DNA of 64,000 nt from Pocillopora damicornis. Taxonomy: Eukaryota. Positions within the stretch are counted from its first letter, which is position 1. Every line of letters starts with the position of its first letter. The stretch lies in the NCBI RefSeq assembly GCF_003704095.1, contig NW_020843660.1:1-64000 (forward strand). The letters are read 5' to 3'. Of the stretch, positions 1-12,347 are shown piece after piece. A program made the translations under genes and the position numbers. The notes under the pieces are model-generated. The model saw nothing but the letters and a program-made list of their open reading frames with translations. It did no database searches and was not told the origin of the DNA.

Positions 1-41
1 ACGACCGCCTATATCTCATAATATCTAGGACATTTTTGTTA

Positions 42-847
42 CCGTAATTTCCGTCCATTTACCCGCGCGGCAGATTACCCGCTTCAGTCAATTTTTGCAA
101 TAACGAAAAAGAATTTTCAACAGATTACCCGTACTGGCAAATAACCCGCACCCAAAAACAAAGAAAACCGTCGACTCACACAAAGTTCCTTCATTGTTTT
201 TGTTGACATGATATCCTTTAGCGTGCGATTAATAAATTTTCACACTTTTTGTTTTCGATGTTTCAATTAGAATGATACCTCTTGCAAAGATCTGTTCTCA
301 AAAGAAATCGATACCCCGAGATCAACTGAGTCGGAGGAATCGCTTGAAATTGGAAAATACTCTTTAACTCAGAGTAGTGCTAGCTAAGAAAATTTCACTG
401 ATGCGTCGAAAATTCTGTCGCGCATTAATTCTGCGGCGCCACGGAATGAACACATCAGCACATTTTCCGTGTGAATTTCTCTGAAGCCAGCTTTTTCACA
501 ATTAAATTATTTAATTTTCAAGTTCACTACCCGTGTAAGTGAGAATTGTCTTTTGAACTAAACAAAGAATCAAGCTGTGAAATTGACAAGGTAAGAAAGT
601 TAGAGTACAAACAAGAGAAAAGCTTTGTCATCGAGTTTTGTATGTTTTCGATTTGCATCGGCTTTTATCATGAAGAGCATTTTGCACAGGTTTTTTGAAG
701 AGTATCTTGAGTGTATCTTACTATCTCTGTTATTTCCTGCATTTGGTTTTAAAACTATACCGGAAGCTTTTAAAATTATTACTACTACTACTACTGTTTG
801 TGGAAAAATTAACAGATTACCCCCGGGTAATCAGCTGGAAATTACGG
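42..847. mobile_element. Non-autonomous Tc1/mariner (pogo-like) MITE
   Basis: Inverted termini CCGTAATTTCC (42-52) and GGAAATTACGG (837-847), extended imperfectly by TTACCCG/CGGGTAA. TA on both sides (40-41, 848-849). Internal CAGATTACCC repeats at ~71, ~121 and ~813. No transposase ORF. Confidence 0.65.
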
Positions 848-1496
848 TAATACGAACACATAAAAAGTCTCGAATAGGATCTCCTCAGATATCCTACAAT
901 AATTGAGTAAGATCCAGTTTCAGATAGGTTCTATACTTAACCTAGAGCCTTGATGAGACAAAGTTCCAAATGTTGTTTTCAGCGCAACCTCGATCTTAGG
1001 AAAATAGTAAATCCATGTTTGTAAAAGATGTACCCCCATGCATTTTCTCATTTAGCCAAGCCTTGACCTATCGTGTATGGCTTCCAAGGCATTCATGGGA
1101 CTACCTTTTAAAATTGTTAAAAATCCTCAGGCTGTACGCCGTTCGACCGCCAAAAATGTTAGCGAAGTTAAAACAACTGACTGGGAGCCATGTAAGTCAT
1201 AACTTGTTTAAGTTTATAAATTTCAAAAAAACGACAAAACAGTTTTAGTGGGGATGGAAATCATGACAGGTACAGAGAAAAAAACAAAAGAACGATACTT
1301 CATACTTCGAAATAGGGAGCTTCTTTTCCTTCCACTTTTTTCTTTACCGTATAGTTCATTAGCACAAGAAACAAATGTGATCCAAATAGCAGGCTTCGTC
1401 ATCAATTTTGATCCGCTCTCATGCGTTTGATGAGTAATTCATTTCTAAGGGTAATTCTCTGTCGTTTGCATTCACAATTTGTGGCGATCTTGAAAC

Positions 1497-1657
1497 ATGA
1501 ATATGAGACTGATCTTCGCAGTAATGAACACTAACAGAGCAAAATGAAAATAAGGCCTGAAAAAAATTCAGGCCTGCACGGGATTTGAACCCAGTACCTC
1601 TGCGATACCTTTGCAGTGCTCCAGTATTGCCGAATTCACGAGTTCGAATCCCGTTCA
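1497..1657. repeat. tRNA-derived SINE-like repeat
   Basis: AGGCCTGAAAAAAATTCAGGCCT hairpin, followed by B-box-like GGATTTGAACCC (reverse) and GTTCGAATCCC. Resembles an abundant coral repeat. No complete cloverleaf. Confidence 0.55.
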
Positions 1658-4092
1658 TTAGAGTTGAGGGTAGAGATAAAATTTTGTAGAATAAAAGTCA
1701 TTTCAGTATATACAAAGTAGCATCATCTCTTACCTTCCAAGATCCAACGTTCTTTAGCGCCCAACTGTTACTCAGCCAAATGTGTTTTCTTTTGGTACCG
1801 TCTGGTAGCTATGGTTACTGAAGAAATTGTTTTTTTTCAAGCCAAGATGATCTTCAACATTAGAAAAGAACTTCCTTCTTCCTGTTTGGGCTCTTTGCAA
1901 AAAAGCAAGAATTCAACATAATGCAAAGGAGTGACTGGAGTAATGCCTCTTAGACTACAATGTAATACAGTTATTTCCTTGAAAGTGTCGCTGAACAATG
2001 TCTCCTTAAATAGAGCGAAAGAAATGTTTTAATTTAGTAAGAAAACCGAACAAATTTAGCAAAATGTTCTAGAGATTTACACTAACATGGAAAAATGGAA
2101 ATTTACAACTATGCACTTCTTAGCTTGCTAAATTTTAATTGGTCATTTACAATATAGTTTTTCCATGTTAATAAGACTGACAAGACAAACGCTTTTTTTT
2201 TGTTGCCGATCCACTATTTTCTGATTTATGATCTTTTACCGTATTTCCTACTGTCATTTTGTACAATAATATAAGATGAAAGTCTTGAACGGCTGCCCAC
2301 ACACTGTGCGTGTTTATCAACATTGCGAGCATAGAGTGTTTAGCCTTCTGATGGTAAATAGTTTGCTCAAACAGGTGTTCTTAAACAATTTTGCTTGATG
2401 TGCCAGTTTAGATAAATAAGCCCTCTAGAGAATGGAGCTGCACACTGCTTCAGACACAATATACACGGGTACATAAGATGCAATTATGGAAACTTCTTTA
2501 CTCAGAGCCGAACCGGGAAAAGAATCACGTTTTCGTCAAACTTTGGGTCGAAACTTACGTAATTTAAAAAATTAATTGTTTTGCTAACCGGCCGTAACCA
2601 AAAGTTGCATTTTTGAGGCTTAAAAGATCGAAAGAGTTCCGACCATTCGATTTATAACGTTTGCATTGTGAGACATACGCCCTGGGGTTACTTAGTGCGA
2701 CTGAAAAGAACCTCTCTGCAGTCTCGACCACTTAGTGCAAGACAGGAAGCATATTCGACCGACAATTATGAACTTCATCATTCTTTCCTTTGTTCTCCAA
2801 AAAATAAAAAATTTTGACTTTCCTTTAATATGAAGAAAGAAAATTAATGCGTTGAATCCAGTATTAACCTCATAATTCCTTTTTTTCCCGAAAATTGGAC
2901 ACTATCACCACTATCTATAAAAACGGCCGACGCTTTATGTACGGATTTATTTTAATTTAACGTTCTCACTTTTGCTGCCATCTTCTCTTTGAAATGTAAG
3001 GCAATGATTCGATCGGAATTACTTCGATTGACTGACAGAAAATTTTATAGGAGTTGACGAAAACGTTTCATGATGATATATTGATAAATTTCTCTCTTTT
3101 GCAAGGTGGAAAGTAGGAAAGCATTAAAATTGGTGAAATTCATCAAAACACTCCATTTAACCTCCTTTAGTCTTTTCTAGAAAACTTCAGAACTTTTAGT
3201 TTCCTCTCACCTGTTTCGGAAAATAATACCATTTCAATTCGGCTGGATTGCAAAAATTCGACATGAGACAAGCAGATTTTGGCTCTGTTTTGTTTGTTGG
3301 TTCTTTTTTTGTATTCTTCCTCAGCAGCATATTTAGTTTACCAAATTATTAGACTTTTGGCTTCATTTTCTCGTTATATCAACTCTAAATTCTATTAGAG
3401 GAAAAGGAACACGGATATTATAGCGGTTGTGAAACTGCACCACCCGAACCTTATCGCTGTTGAATTATCTTTCTCAGACTTCGAGTTCCTTTTTTTTTTT
3501 TTTGTTTTGACTGCAAAGACAAAGAACTAAAAACCACCAGATATTTCAAATGAAATTTACAAGCCAAAGGTAACCGAGGGTAAATGTACCCAGCCAAGAA
3601 CTCTTGAGCCAACCTCTTGAAGCATGCAAAACTCCAACAGCTTTCGACCAAGCTCCGAGAGGAAAGCGAGTTTTTGGAAGGAGTAAAAAATTAACTGGCA
3701 AGATTTCTGCACAATCCCATATTTCATGGCACATGCAGTTCTTGGATAGAGAAAACAAAGGCGAAATCAGTAGATTGCTTTTAAGACTACGGCTTTGTTT
3801 TACAATAGTATGGGGTAATACGGAAATCTTTCCAGAAACCTTGCAATATTTAATTGAATAGCGGTAAACGGAGCACACATGCATCACAGACTATGATAAT
3901 GCCTCAACCCCGTGTATTCATTCGAGGCTCATTGATAATGAGATGGAATCAATGGCCTCACATTCTTGTCGGAAGGTTCACCGAGAGCTTTGAAGAAGGG
4001 TTTATTTAAAGACCGACGTACCAAAATCGTTTCAGCTTTCAAATTAAGTTCAAATGGCTTTTTATGACCGTATAAAAATGTAAAGTATAAAA

Positions 4093-5230
4093 TATCACTG
4101 TCACTGTCTCCATCATAGTAATTGTTTCCACCACTATCTGTCACTGTTTTTGTTAGTCACTGTTAACGGATGATCTGCTAAAATGATGTTCGGCAAGACT
4201 TCAAATGAAGTATGTGTTTCGTTCTGTTAAACTTAAATATTCTTAGTTTTCACTCATATTTGTCACTCTTTAAACATAAGTTTAAGGCTATTTTCCTTGA
4301 CTAATGTTGTTAGCAATTTTGCAAAGACTGATAACCAAGGCTTTTAACTATAATGCTTATATAAAAGTTATCAATAAGTTTAGGTAGCAACTTTTGAAAT
4401 TTAGGTAGCAACTTTTTGCATTCTTGGCATTTATTTTTTGCAACTTTAGAAAATTCCAGTGAGCAACTTTACAGAATTTTACGTACACAATCAGACAGGC
4501 CTAGTCTCCTTCACTGTTTTTATCTGTTGTTGTCACTGTCAGTATTGTCATTTCACTGTCTGTTTTCTATCACTTTTATTAGCATTGTTACAGTAGTCAT
4601 TATTTTCCTCATCATGGTCACTGTCCCTGTCTATGTGAATGTCTCTTTCATTACCACTATCACTTTCACTACCACTGCTACTGTCACTTTCAATGTCACT
4701 ATCACTGTTTCCATCGCTATCACTGTTTCTTTCACTTTATTTTACAGTGTCACTGTCCCTCTATTGTCCCTCAATTTCCGTCACTGTCCCTTAGGATATT
4801 ATTTTCACTGTTTCTTTCATTTTTATGGTTACTTTATCTGTTTCCTTCACTGTCACTTCAAATATCTCTTTTAATCTTTTTGTCATTGCACTTTCTTTTC
4901 AAGTGTCTTTGTCACTCACCGTCATCATCTTTGTCACATTCTAGGTTGTTTTCTTTATCATTGTCATGGTCCTTCCTTTAGTCACACTCTCTGTCACTGT
5001 CTCTGTCCTATACTTCATCACTCTTATTGTCTCTCTGATTCTCACTATTATTATCCAGTATATTTTTCTTTCTCTGTTTTGTCATCATCATGTCACTCTC
5101 ATTGTCAGTGTCAGTGTAAATTTCATTGTCTGTCCTTGCCTCTGTAACTAGAAATTTTACTCGTATTGTCATTGTCACTGTCTATCTGACTATCCCTATA
5201 GCTGTTATTGTTGCTGTCATTGTTGCTGTA
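4093..5230. repeat. Degenerate (TCACTG)n-like minisatellite, interrupted at ~4165-4500 by an unrelated insert with AGCAACTTT repeats
   Basis: Dense TCACT/GTCACTGT motifs on both sides of the insert. Explains the spurious V/T/I-rich ORFs at 4416 and 4966. Confidence 0.7.
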
Positions 5231-5942
5231 AGTTGCTTGTCCTTTAGTTAGAAGAGAGCATAATTACTTGATCTGGACATTGTGTTTCAGCTTCAGCAAT
5301 TAATTTATCATACTGACAAAACATGTTATATTATGAACACCAGGTAAATCATCTTTTTGTAATTTGATTGTGAACTTTGTTTTACAGAGGTTAGGGAGGG
5401 GATATAACATTTTTCACACATGGTCATGTACTACACACAAGCAAAATATCTTTTTTCAGAAAATATAGTTACAAACATTAAATCAAGTTGCATATATAAG
5501 AAATTTTATTAGTTTCCTTTCTGGAGACTTGAATAGGTATATATATTTTCATAAATAAGTCATTCCTTTTGATGGCAAAAGCTCCTCAGAGCCTTTGCAT
5601 ACATTATGTTCCTCTATCACTTTGTACATACAACTTCCTGTTCTTGTTATCTACCACTCTCTAGCATAAAAATGGCTGTGAAAAATTATCTAGACACAAA
5701 AAAATTCTCTAATTCCTAAACACTTCTACAAAATTAGATTTCCCATAAAACAAACTGCTGTCCATTGATGTTTCTTCATGCTGTCTGCAACTTTTCTTTG
5801 GTTATCTTTTTTTATGTGATGGGTTTAAGAAAGAAGCATACATTCAATCCTAATGGATAATTGGACCAATCAATGGCCATCCTAGTTGATAACTGGCCCA
5901 ATCAATAGCTATTCTAATCCACGATTGGTCAGGGCATACTAG

Positions 5943-8900
5943 TTAGAGTTCATCATGGTGTTGGACAGCAAAGTTGTAGAGACTGTTCAAATCTCTGGGC
6001 CCACGATACTCTTGTTTCCGAATGCCTCTGCTAAATATGATAAGGGTAGGATACCCCTTGATCTAAGAAAAAATAAAATAAAACTGAGAATAAAGAAGAG
6101 GTTAAAACATAGTGATATTACCTCATAAGTGATTTGCAACTCCACTGTTTAAGAAAGGCTGTGGTAAGATTTCTCTAGTAAGTATTTATTTCCTAGTTGG
6201 AATGTTAAAAAATTAGCTTACTCCAAAACTATGACAAAGATCAGCTTCTTCTGAGCAGTCAACCTGGGAAAAAAAATCGGCCAATATTAAAAAAGGGAAA
6301 ATGAAACAAATGGCGGGGTAGTTCAAATGACAAACTTGATGAGAGGGCACCTAAAAATAATAAACAGATGTTTGAAGGCCATCCCTATTAAGTTAAAAGC
6401 TACAATATGGTAGCTAAACAATACATTCCTGGATAGGATAATTTGATTTTATCAACTGAGTTGATAATGTCAATTGGCCACAGGGGGAGGGACAAAGGGT
6501 TAACACTGGAAATGTCACCTTTGAAACTCTTATTGGCCAATTTACAAAATCAACTCAGTTGATAAAACCAAATTATCCTGTTGAACTTCCCACCAATGCA
6601 GCACCAAAGTTTCTTTTGAAACTTACCACCTTTATTCATAATTTGATCAGTTCTCAACTCGCCTAATGCAAAAATGAAAAAAACCTAAAGGGAAAATTTG
6701 GGAATGCATTTCCCTTTACAGATAAAGGTACTCAATCTCTGTGGGTTAAAGTTGAAAAAGATACAGGCAAAACTGTTATAAGTTTTTTCCTACTCCAGTT
6801 ACTTATCCTCCTGCTTTTTTCATGAGTTTATTTTGATTCTCAAGTCTACTATAACTGGTCAGTCTTTTTTTTCAGGTTCATGACAGTTCATGGAAATGTT
6901 ACCACAGAACTGTTAGGTGAGAGTGAATTACATTTAACAATAAAAAAGAAACCTTTGCAATTCTAGGTCCAGAAGCACTGTCTGCGCACTTGTTTGCCAA
7001 CTGATCCCAGATTGGTGCAAGTGTCTGGCAGTGGACACACCTGTGAATACAAGACGAGAGTGAAATACAACCTCAGAAATGTGATAATGAATTCTCCCTT
7101 TCATTTGGACTACCACCTCAAGCCAATAAGCTATCTAAGTATGTAAAGATCAGGAAAACCCCTTTAATCCTTGAAAAACTCCAAATTTAAATACAATTAG
7201 TCTCAATCCAAGTTTGCAAGAGGCTTTGATAATTAGCACACATATTGCATTCCAAACTAACCAGAGAGCACATGCCAAACTCAGAAGGTAGAAAAAAGGA
7301 GACCTAATTTCTGATTCTCCTTCATAATCCCCATGACATAAGGGAAGCTCTTGTAGTGAAATAACAGATTACTCAGACAGCATACACAAAAAACTGATGC
7401 AAAGTGATGGTATTTTGAACTTACCAGGGTACATAAAATTTGACAAAAGTTGTGCCCACACTGACCATGGCATCAAAGTTACTGTCTGTCAGCTGGAATG
7501 GCTTAATCTGAAAAGGAGCCATGGGATTATCAGAATTATCTTGGATTTCAATAGCAGCTGTAGTGCAGGCAAATCAATAGATTTATCTTTCTAAATGATG
7601 ATGCAATGTTCAACAAGGGTGAGCCCAAGAGCCTGAGGTCCTTGACCTAAATCAGGTTTAAAGCATGAAGATGTCTTGACAGTTTCCCACTTAGTCAGTA
7701 ACACAGTCTGTTTCTGTATCCAGCCACATGCATACAAGCTACTAGAGGGGAAAGAATGTAGTTATGTTTGATTAGTGGTGGAGAATCACACTTTCAAAGA
7801 AAGGGTCTAAACACAACACTATAATCAAGCCTACAATTAGGGGAACACTGTGAGTATTGATACTTCATCTCTGAGATGATTTGGTTGGAAATGTATTACA
7901 AGAGGAATTTAAAAACCGAGGAAGAGTGGTGAACAAAAACAGGCAAAAGACTTGGCTCTTGGTTTCACCACTTTGATTTCAATGCGTTGTCACTAGTTTC
8001 TCTCCCATCCAAGTGAGACTGGGAATATAGAAACAACCCTCTAATTGCAATTTAAATTGCTACCATGTCAGCCTCTGCATCATCTGATGGAATCTCCTCA
8101 GCAGTCTCACTGTTTTCTGTGATTGCACTACTTAACAAACTGTGCTCAGAGATCTTTAGAGTCAAATAATTCTTCAGATCATCAAGTGAACGTGGTCCTT
8201 CATAATGGTCCACCTAAAGCATTTAAAATTCAAATCAGTCCTGTTGATGGTATAGGGAATTATTTACCAGACACAAAAGTACCATAACTTTAACCATAGC
8301 TACATGCTATAAAAGGACAGAAAACACTCTGACAGAAATGATTCCATCCAGGAGGGAATGTTGCTCTATCGCTGTTCAAAGCCCTTGCCTCCTTTCCCCC
8401 ATATTTTTTAGCAGTACCAGTATTATTTTATATAATTTCTCAGAATTATGTTTGATTTCACAAATATTGTGAGGTGTGTAGTATAGTTTGCCCAAGCTTT
8501 AATAGTGAGATGAGGGAACCTGCCCTCACCTCTGAAATAGATGGTACAGAGACACCAATCCCTGGATAAAGATAACAATGAGACCACCAAATAATATTTT
8601 TGTAACCAGATTCTTCACTGAACACAGGGGAATGAATATCTTTGTTACGTTTCCTCATTATTTTCACTAGGAACAGTAAGCAAAATATCACTAACCTCTC
8701 TTCCATCTTTAAACAGCTTCAGTGAAGGATATGCATGGATATTGTGTTCAGTGCATGGTTTGCTCTCAGTTGTACAATCAATCTGAACAATATAAATTTC
8801 CAAATGTCAATGAGGCAAACACTTATTTGACAAGAAAATAAAACTGTAATGGTCTCCATCTCTCTGAAAAGCAAAAGATAGTGACCTTCAAAAAAAAAAA

Positions 8901-11900
8901 GATGTTTAATTTTCACCTTGGCAATTGTCACATCCACATTGTCTTTATGGTACTCTGCTAGTGCCTTCCAAGTGGGTGCAAGTTTGCGGCAGTGACTACA
9001 CCTGTGCAACAAAATCCAAAGAGTGAAAGCTACATGACATTGTATGACTGATAACTATGTATTCTTAATAACCGTGATTACCAGTTCATGATTATTAGTC
9101 TTTGGAGCATTATTACATTGACCCCAATGTAGAGAGTTTTTGACTTTTAAAAGGTACAGAATTTCCTTACAGTGTTTTTCTCCACCCAGACTTATAGCAA
9201 TCTGTCAAAATACTGGGGAGGTTCTTACAATGGAATACGGTCTCATCAAAATAGCAGAAAATTTACACTACTATTAACCTCACTGTATTAAAAGAAGACT
9301 GGGTAAATTCCTAAGGTTTTTAACTTCTTGGCATGTAAGATTTGTGTTTTTTAAATTAAAATCTAGTGATACCAACTTCATTCTGACAAGAACTAGCATC
9401 AACCCAAGCAGTTCTCTGTGACCAAACAATTTCTTCTTTGAATTAATGTAATTATTGTCACTCAGTAACTTCACAATATTTTGCAATAAATTCATGTTAG
9501 ATGCAGTTCAGTAAGCTAACTTGGACATGTTTCACATGACTAACTAAAACATCTCTGGTGACTCAAACCCACAATTTGAGGCATCAGTTTCATGCTCTTT
9601 CACAATGAGAGGCGACCTGTCAAGTTTCTTTATGCAATTCATTCACTTATTTAGCTGTGTCCCAGTTCAGCTAAAAGCTGGTTCAAATGGGGGCCTGACC
9701 ACAACACTAGGAGCTGTGTTCCCTACTCTTTACAAGAAGTGAGTGGGTTCTTTGACATGCTGTGCTAACCAGTGCAAAGGAGATGCAGGAGATGGGAACG
9801 ATAGTCTATCATCCTTATCAAAGAAAACTATAATGTCTGACCATTTGTGGATGTTATAGCAAAGGCAGGACATTCCCCTCAGTTAATTTAAGACCCTTAA
9901 TGTTAGTCCAGTTTGGGGCTTGAACCCTTGACCTTCAGCATAGGAATACGATGAGCTAGCATGAAGATCAGCAGGAAAATCCTTGAACATCATGTTAATA
10001 CCATGAAAATTATATTTTTTCACTTACCATGGGGCATAAAATTTCACAAAATGCAGTCCCATTTCCACATGTCTATCAAAATTATCTGACGTCAGTGTGT
10101 ACAAACCATTATCTGATTCACCTGTAGCCTCTGAATTTTCCTTTTCTTTTTGCTAAAAGAAACCAAGATTTTAAGTATCAACATGTAAGGAAGGTGTATA
10201 GAGGCTTCCTGACAGGTGCAGCCATCGTGACTCTGACATAGGTCTTTTAGGTTTGGTATTTGGTCACTCTCAAGTGCAACACTTGAAATTGCCTCTTAAC
10301 CCACCAAATTCTCAGCATAAGTGTGGGTAAACTGCCAAGGGTTACTAAAAGTTTTAAAAGTCATTTAACATGTTTCTTTCAATATATGATCCATTAACAG
10401 AAAAAACTGTTAATCTAGAACAACAAATAATACATTTCATGTCCTTGGCAATGGCCTTCTGTGTAAATCAAGCATTACAAATCAAAAATAAAACAAGGTC
10501 TCTAAGATATGCCAAGAAAAACAAACTGTTCACTCTAAATTTATGAGCACTTATTTATATAATTGTTCTCACATGAGGCATTTAATAGGGAACAGTGCTT
10601 AATCAAGGGTCACAGGCACTTAATTTAGTAAAGATGATAGTATTTCATTTGTTTTATTCCTATATAGCTGGCAGCCCAAAAGGGCTCAAAGATTGCACAG
10701 ATACATCTTGAATTTAAGGGTATGGGTATATACTATTTAGCCTTTGTCAGATTGTTTGGATTCAATAAATCTAAAGAGAGAATTATGAAAAGCTGACCCA
10801 ACCAATTTTCATGAGAATCTGTTGTGTAGATTTCCTATCTCCACATCATTCATATTCAAGGTTGCTCTGCCTTTCTTTTCAATGAACACACATGTATCAA
10901 TCCTTCAGTTACATGGCTGCCTCTGGTGTTGTGTCTTACCTCTGATGTAACAGCAAACTTATCAACAAAGGCTTTTAGTTCACCCATTCTCCTTTTTCCA
11001 TTGTATCTCTTTATTTCACCATGATCATAATAAAGTTTTAACCTTAAATTAAGAAAAGAAACAGAACATATTCTATTACATTACTTGTAAAAGCTAACAG
11101 ATGTTTACTGACAAAAGATAAAAGATTTGGCCTTACGTAGGATATGCACGGATATTCTGCTTTGCACATAGTGGAGTCTCTTTTGTACAATCAACCTAAT
11201 GAAACAATAACAAAAAACAAACAAATAGCTGCACATTTGCCTCAGCTTTTATAATAGTTATCATCAAAATAATTGGTGTACCACAAGCTGTTAATATTAC
11301 TGATATTGTCATCATCATGCACTTATATTCTTTTCCTTACTGACCACATGATTAACACGCATGATTTGAGACAAATCCAAATATTCATTGACAGAAGTTA
11401 CATGCGCCATAAAACATCTAGCCAACAGGTCTTACTCCACCCTTGAGCTTGTTTTAAATCTATATTTCTCCATAAAAATATAGGGAAATAAATAAGAAGA
11501 AAAAAACTAGTCAACTGATAAATAAAAAGTAGTTGTCCTTATTTTTTCTCACCTTAGCTATTGTTACATGTTCACTGTGTGGGATTTTATTGTAGTGATT
11601 AGCTAGCTGATTCCAGATTGGCATGAAACTTGCGCAGTATTCACACCTAATTGTTAACAATTGAAAACAGTATAAGACTTAGAACCATATCAAATGGAAC
11701 TAATATCAGACCTTAAATAATCCTTATCAGATTTTCTGTAAAACTAAGTAAAATTTTTGTTATAAGACATAGATACTGGTAGTGAGCACGTCTGTGTCCG
11801 AAAACCCGTTTTGAGTGAACACTTCAAGAGTACTCAGGATGTAGCTCCCTGGTCGAAGAATTGCGGTGGGTTAAATTTCTACAGGAAGAGAAGCATGTTT

Positions 11901-12347
11901 TCGAGGAAAGTTATCTCAATTTCACGACGAACCAGAATGTTGCTACGTTGTAGTACTCGCTGAACACTGAACAATCTTACAATGTTGTGTGTTTAATACT
12001 TTGCTCCAGACTATGTCAAAATTATGATGCAGTTAAACGACTAGCTGACCTGTGTTGCGAGCAGTTGTGTAGGAGACGATCAACGAAGATTGCATCAAAG
12101 TTAATCTTTAGAAAATAAATACCTGTACAGTGATGAGCTTAACATAGGTGAAACAGCCGGAAGTTTTATTGGTGAATGTTTACAGAAATTTTACGACTTA
12201 CCAAGGGCCGTAAAACATCACAAAATGTGTAGACGATCCAAAAACTTTGTCTTCAAAATCTACATCTGTTAGTGAAAGTACCTTATCGGCCAATCTTGGT
12301 GAAATAACGGAAAAAAAGACCAAAGCAAATGCTTGTAATACGGCCAT
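5943..12347 (-). CDS. TXNDC5: Thioredoxin domain-containing protein 5 (ERp46), PDI family, ~393 aa, 12 exons
   Basis: Exons: 12347-12202, 11646-11553, 11195-11137, 11042-10940, 10152-10028, 9001-8917, 8782-8696, 8213-8064, 7507-7425, 7040-6953, 6263-6222, 6062-5943. All GT-AG, 1182 nt. Signal peptide MAVLQAFALVFFSVIS. Three Trx domains (FVxFYxPWCxxC...IAK[V/I]DC...YP[T/S]L). C-terminal HDEL. Confidence 0.93.
6435..6579. repeat. Palindromic interspersed element in a TXNDC5 intron
   Basis: AGGATAATTTGATTTTATCAACTGAGTTGAT versus ATCAACTCAGTTGATAAAACCAAATTATCCT, ~30-bp inverted arms plus inner AATTGGCCA/TGGCCAATT. A related fragment lies at ~43438-43520. Confidence 0.6.
9690..9945 (-). mobile_element. 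Degenerate tRNA-headed SINE (cnidarian type) in a TXNDC5 intron
   Basis: CCCTACTCTTT...GTGGGTTCTTT and TCCTTATC...CCATTTG...AAAGGCAG blocks. GGCTTGAACCC is a reverse B-box. Recognised from memory of cnidarian SINEs. Confidence 0.55.

Noticed and set aside
1560-1660. tRNA genes (also ~9900, ~20130, ~27960)
   Set aside because: Only B-box-like pieces inside SINE-like repeats; no complete cloverleaf.
3451-4144. Cluster of overlapping short ORFs
   Set aside because: No recognisable domain or consistent exon chain; possibly a decayed element, but unsupported.
4416-5151. Hydrophobic ORFs (152 aa and 61 aa) resembling membrane proteins
   Set aside because: They are translations of a degenerate TCACTG-type minisatellite, with no splice structure or family motif.
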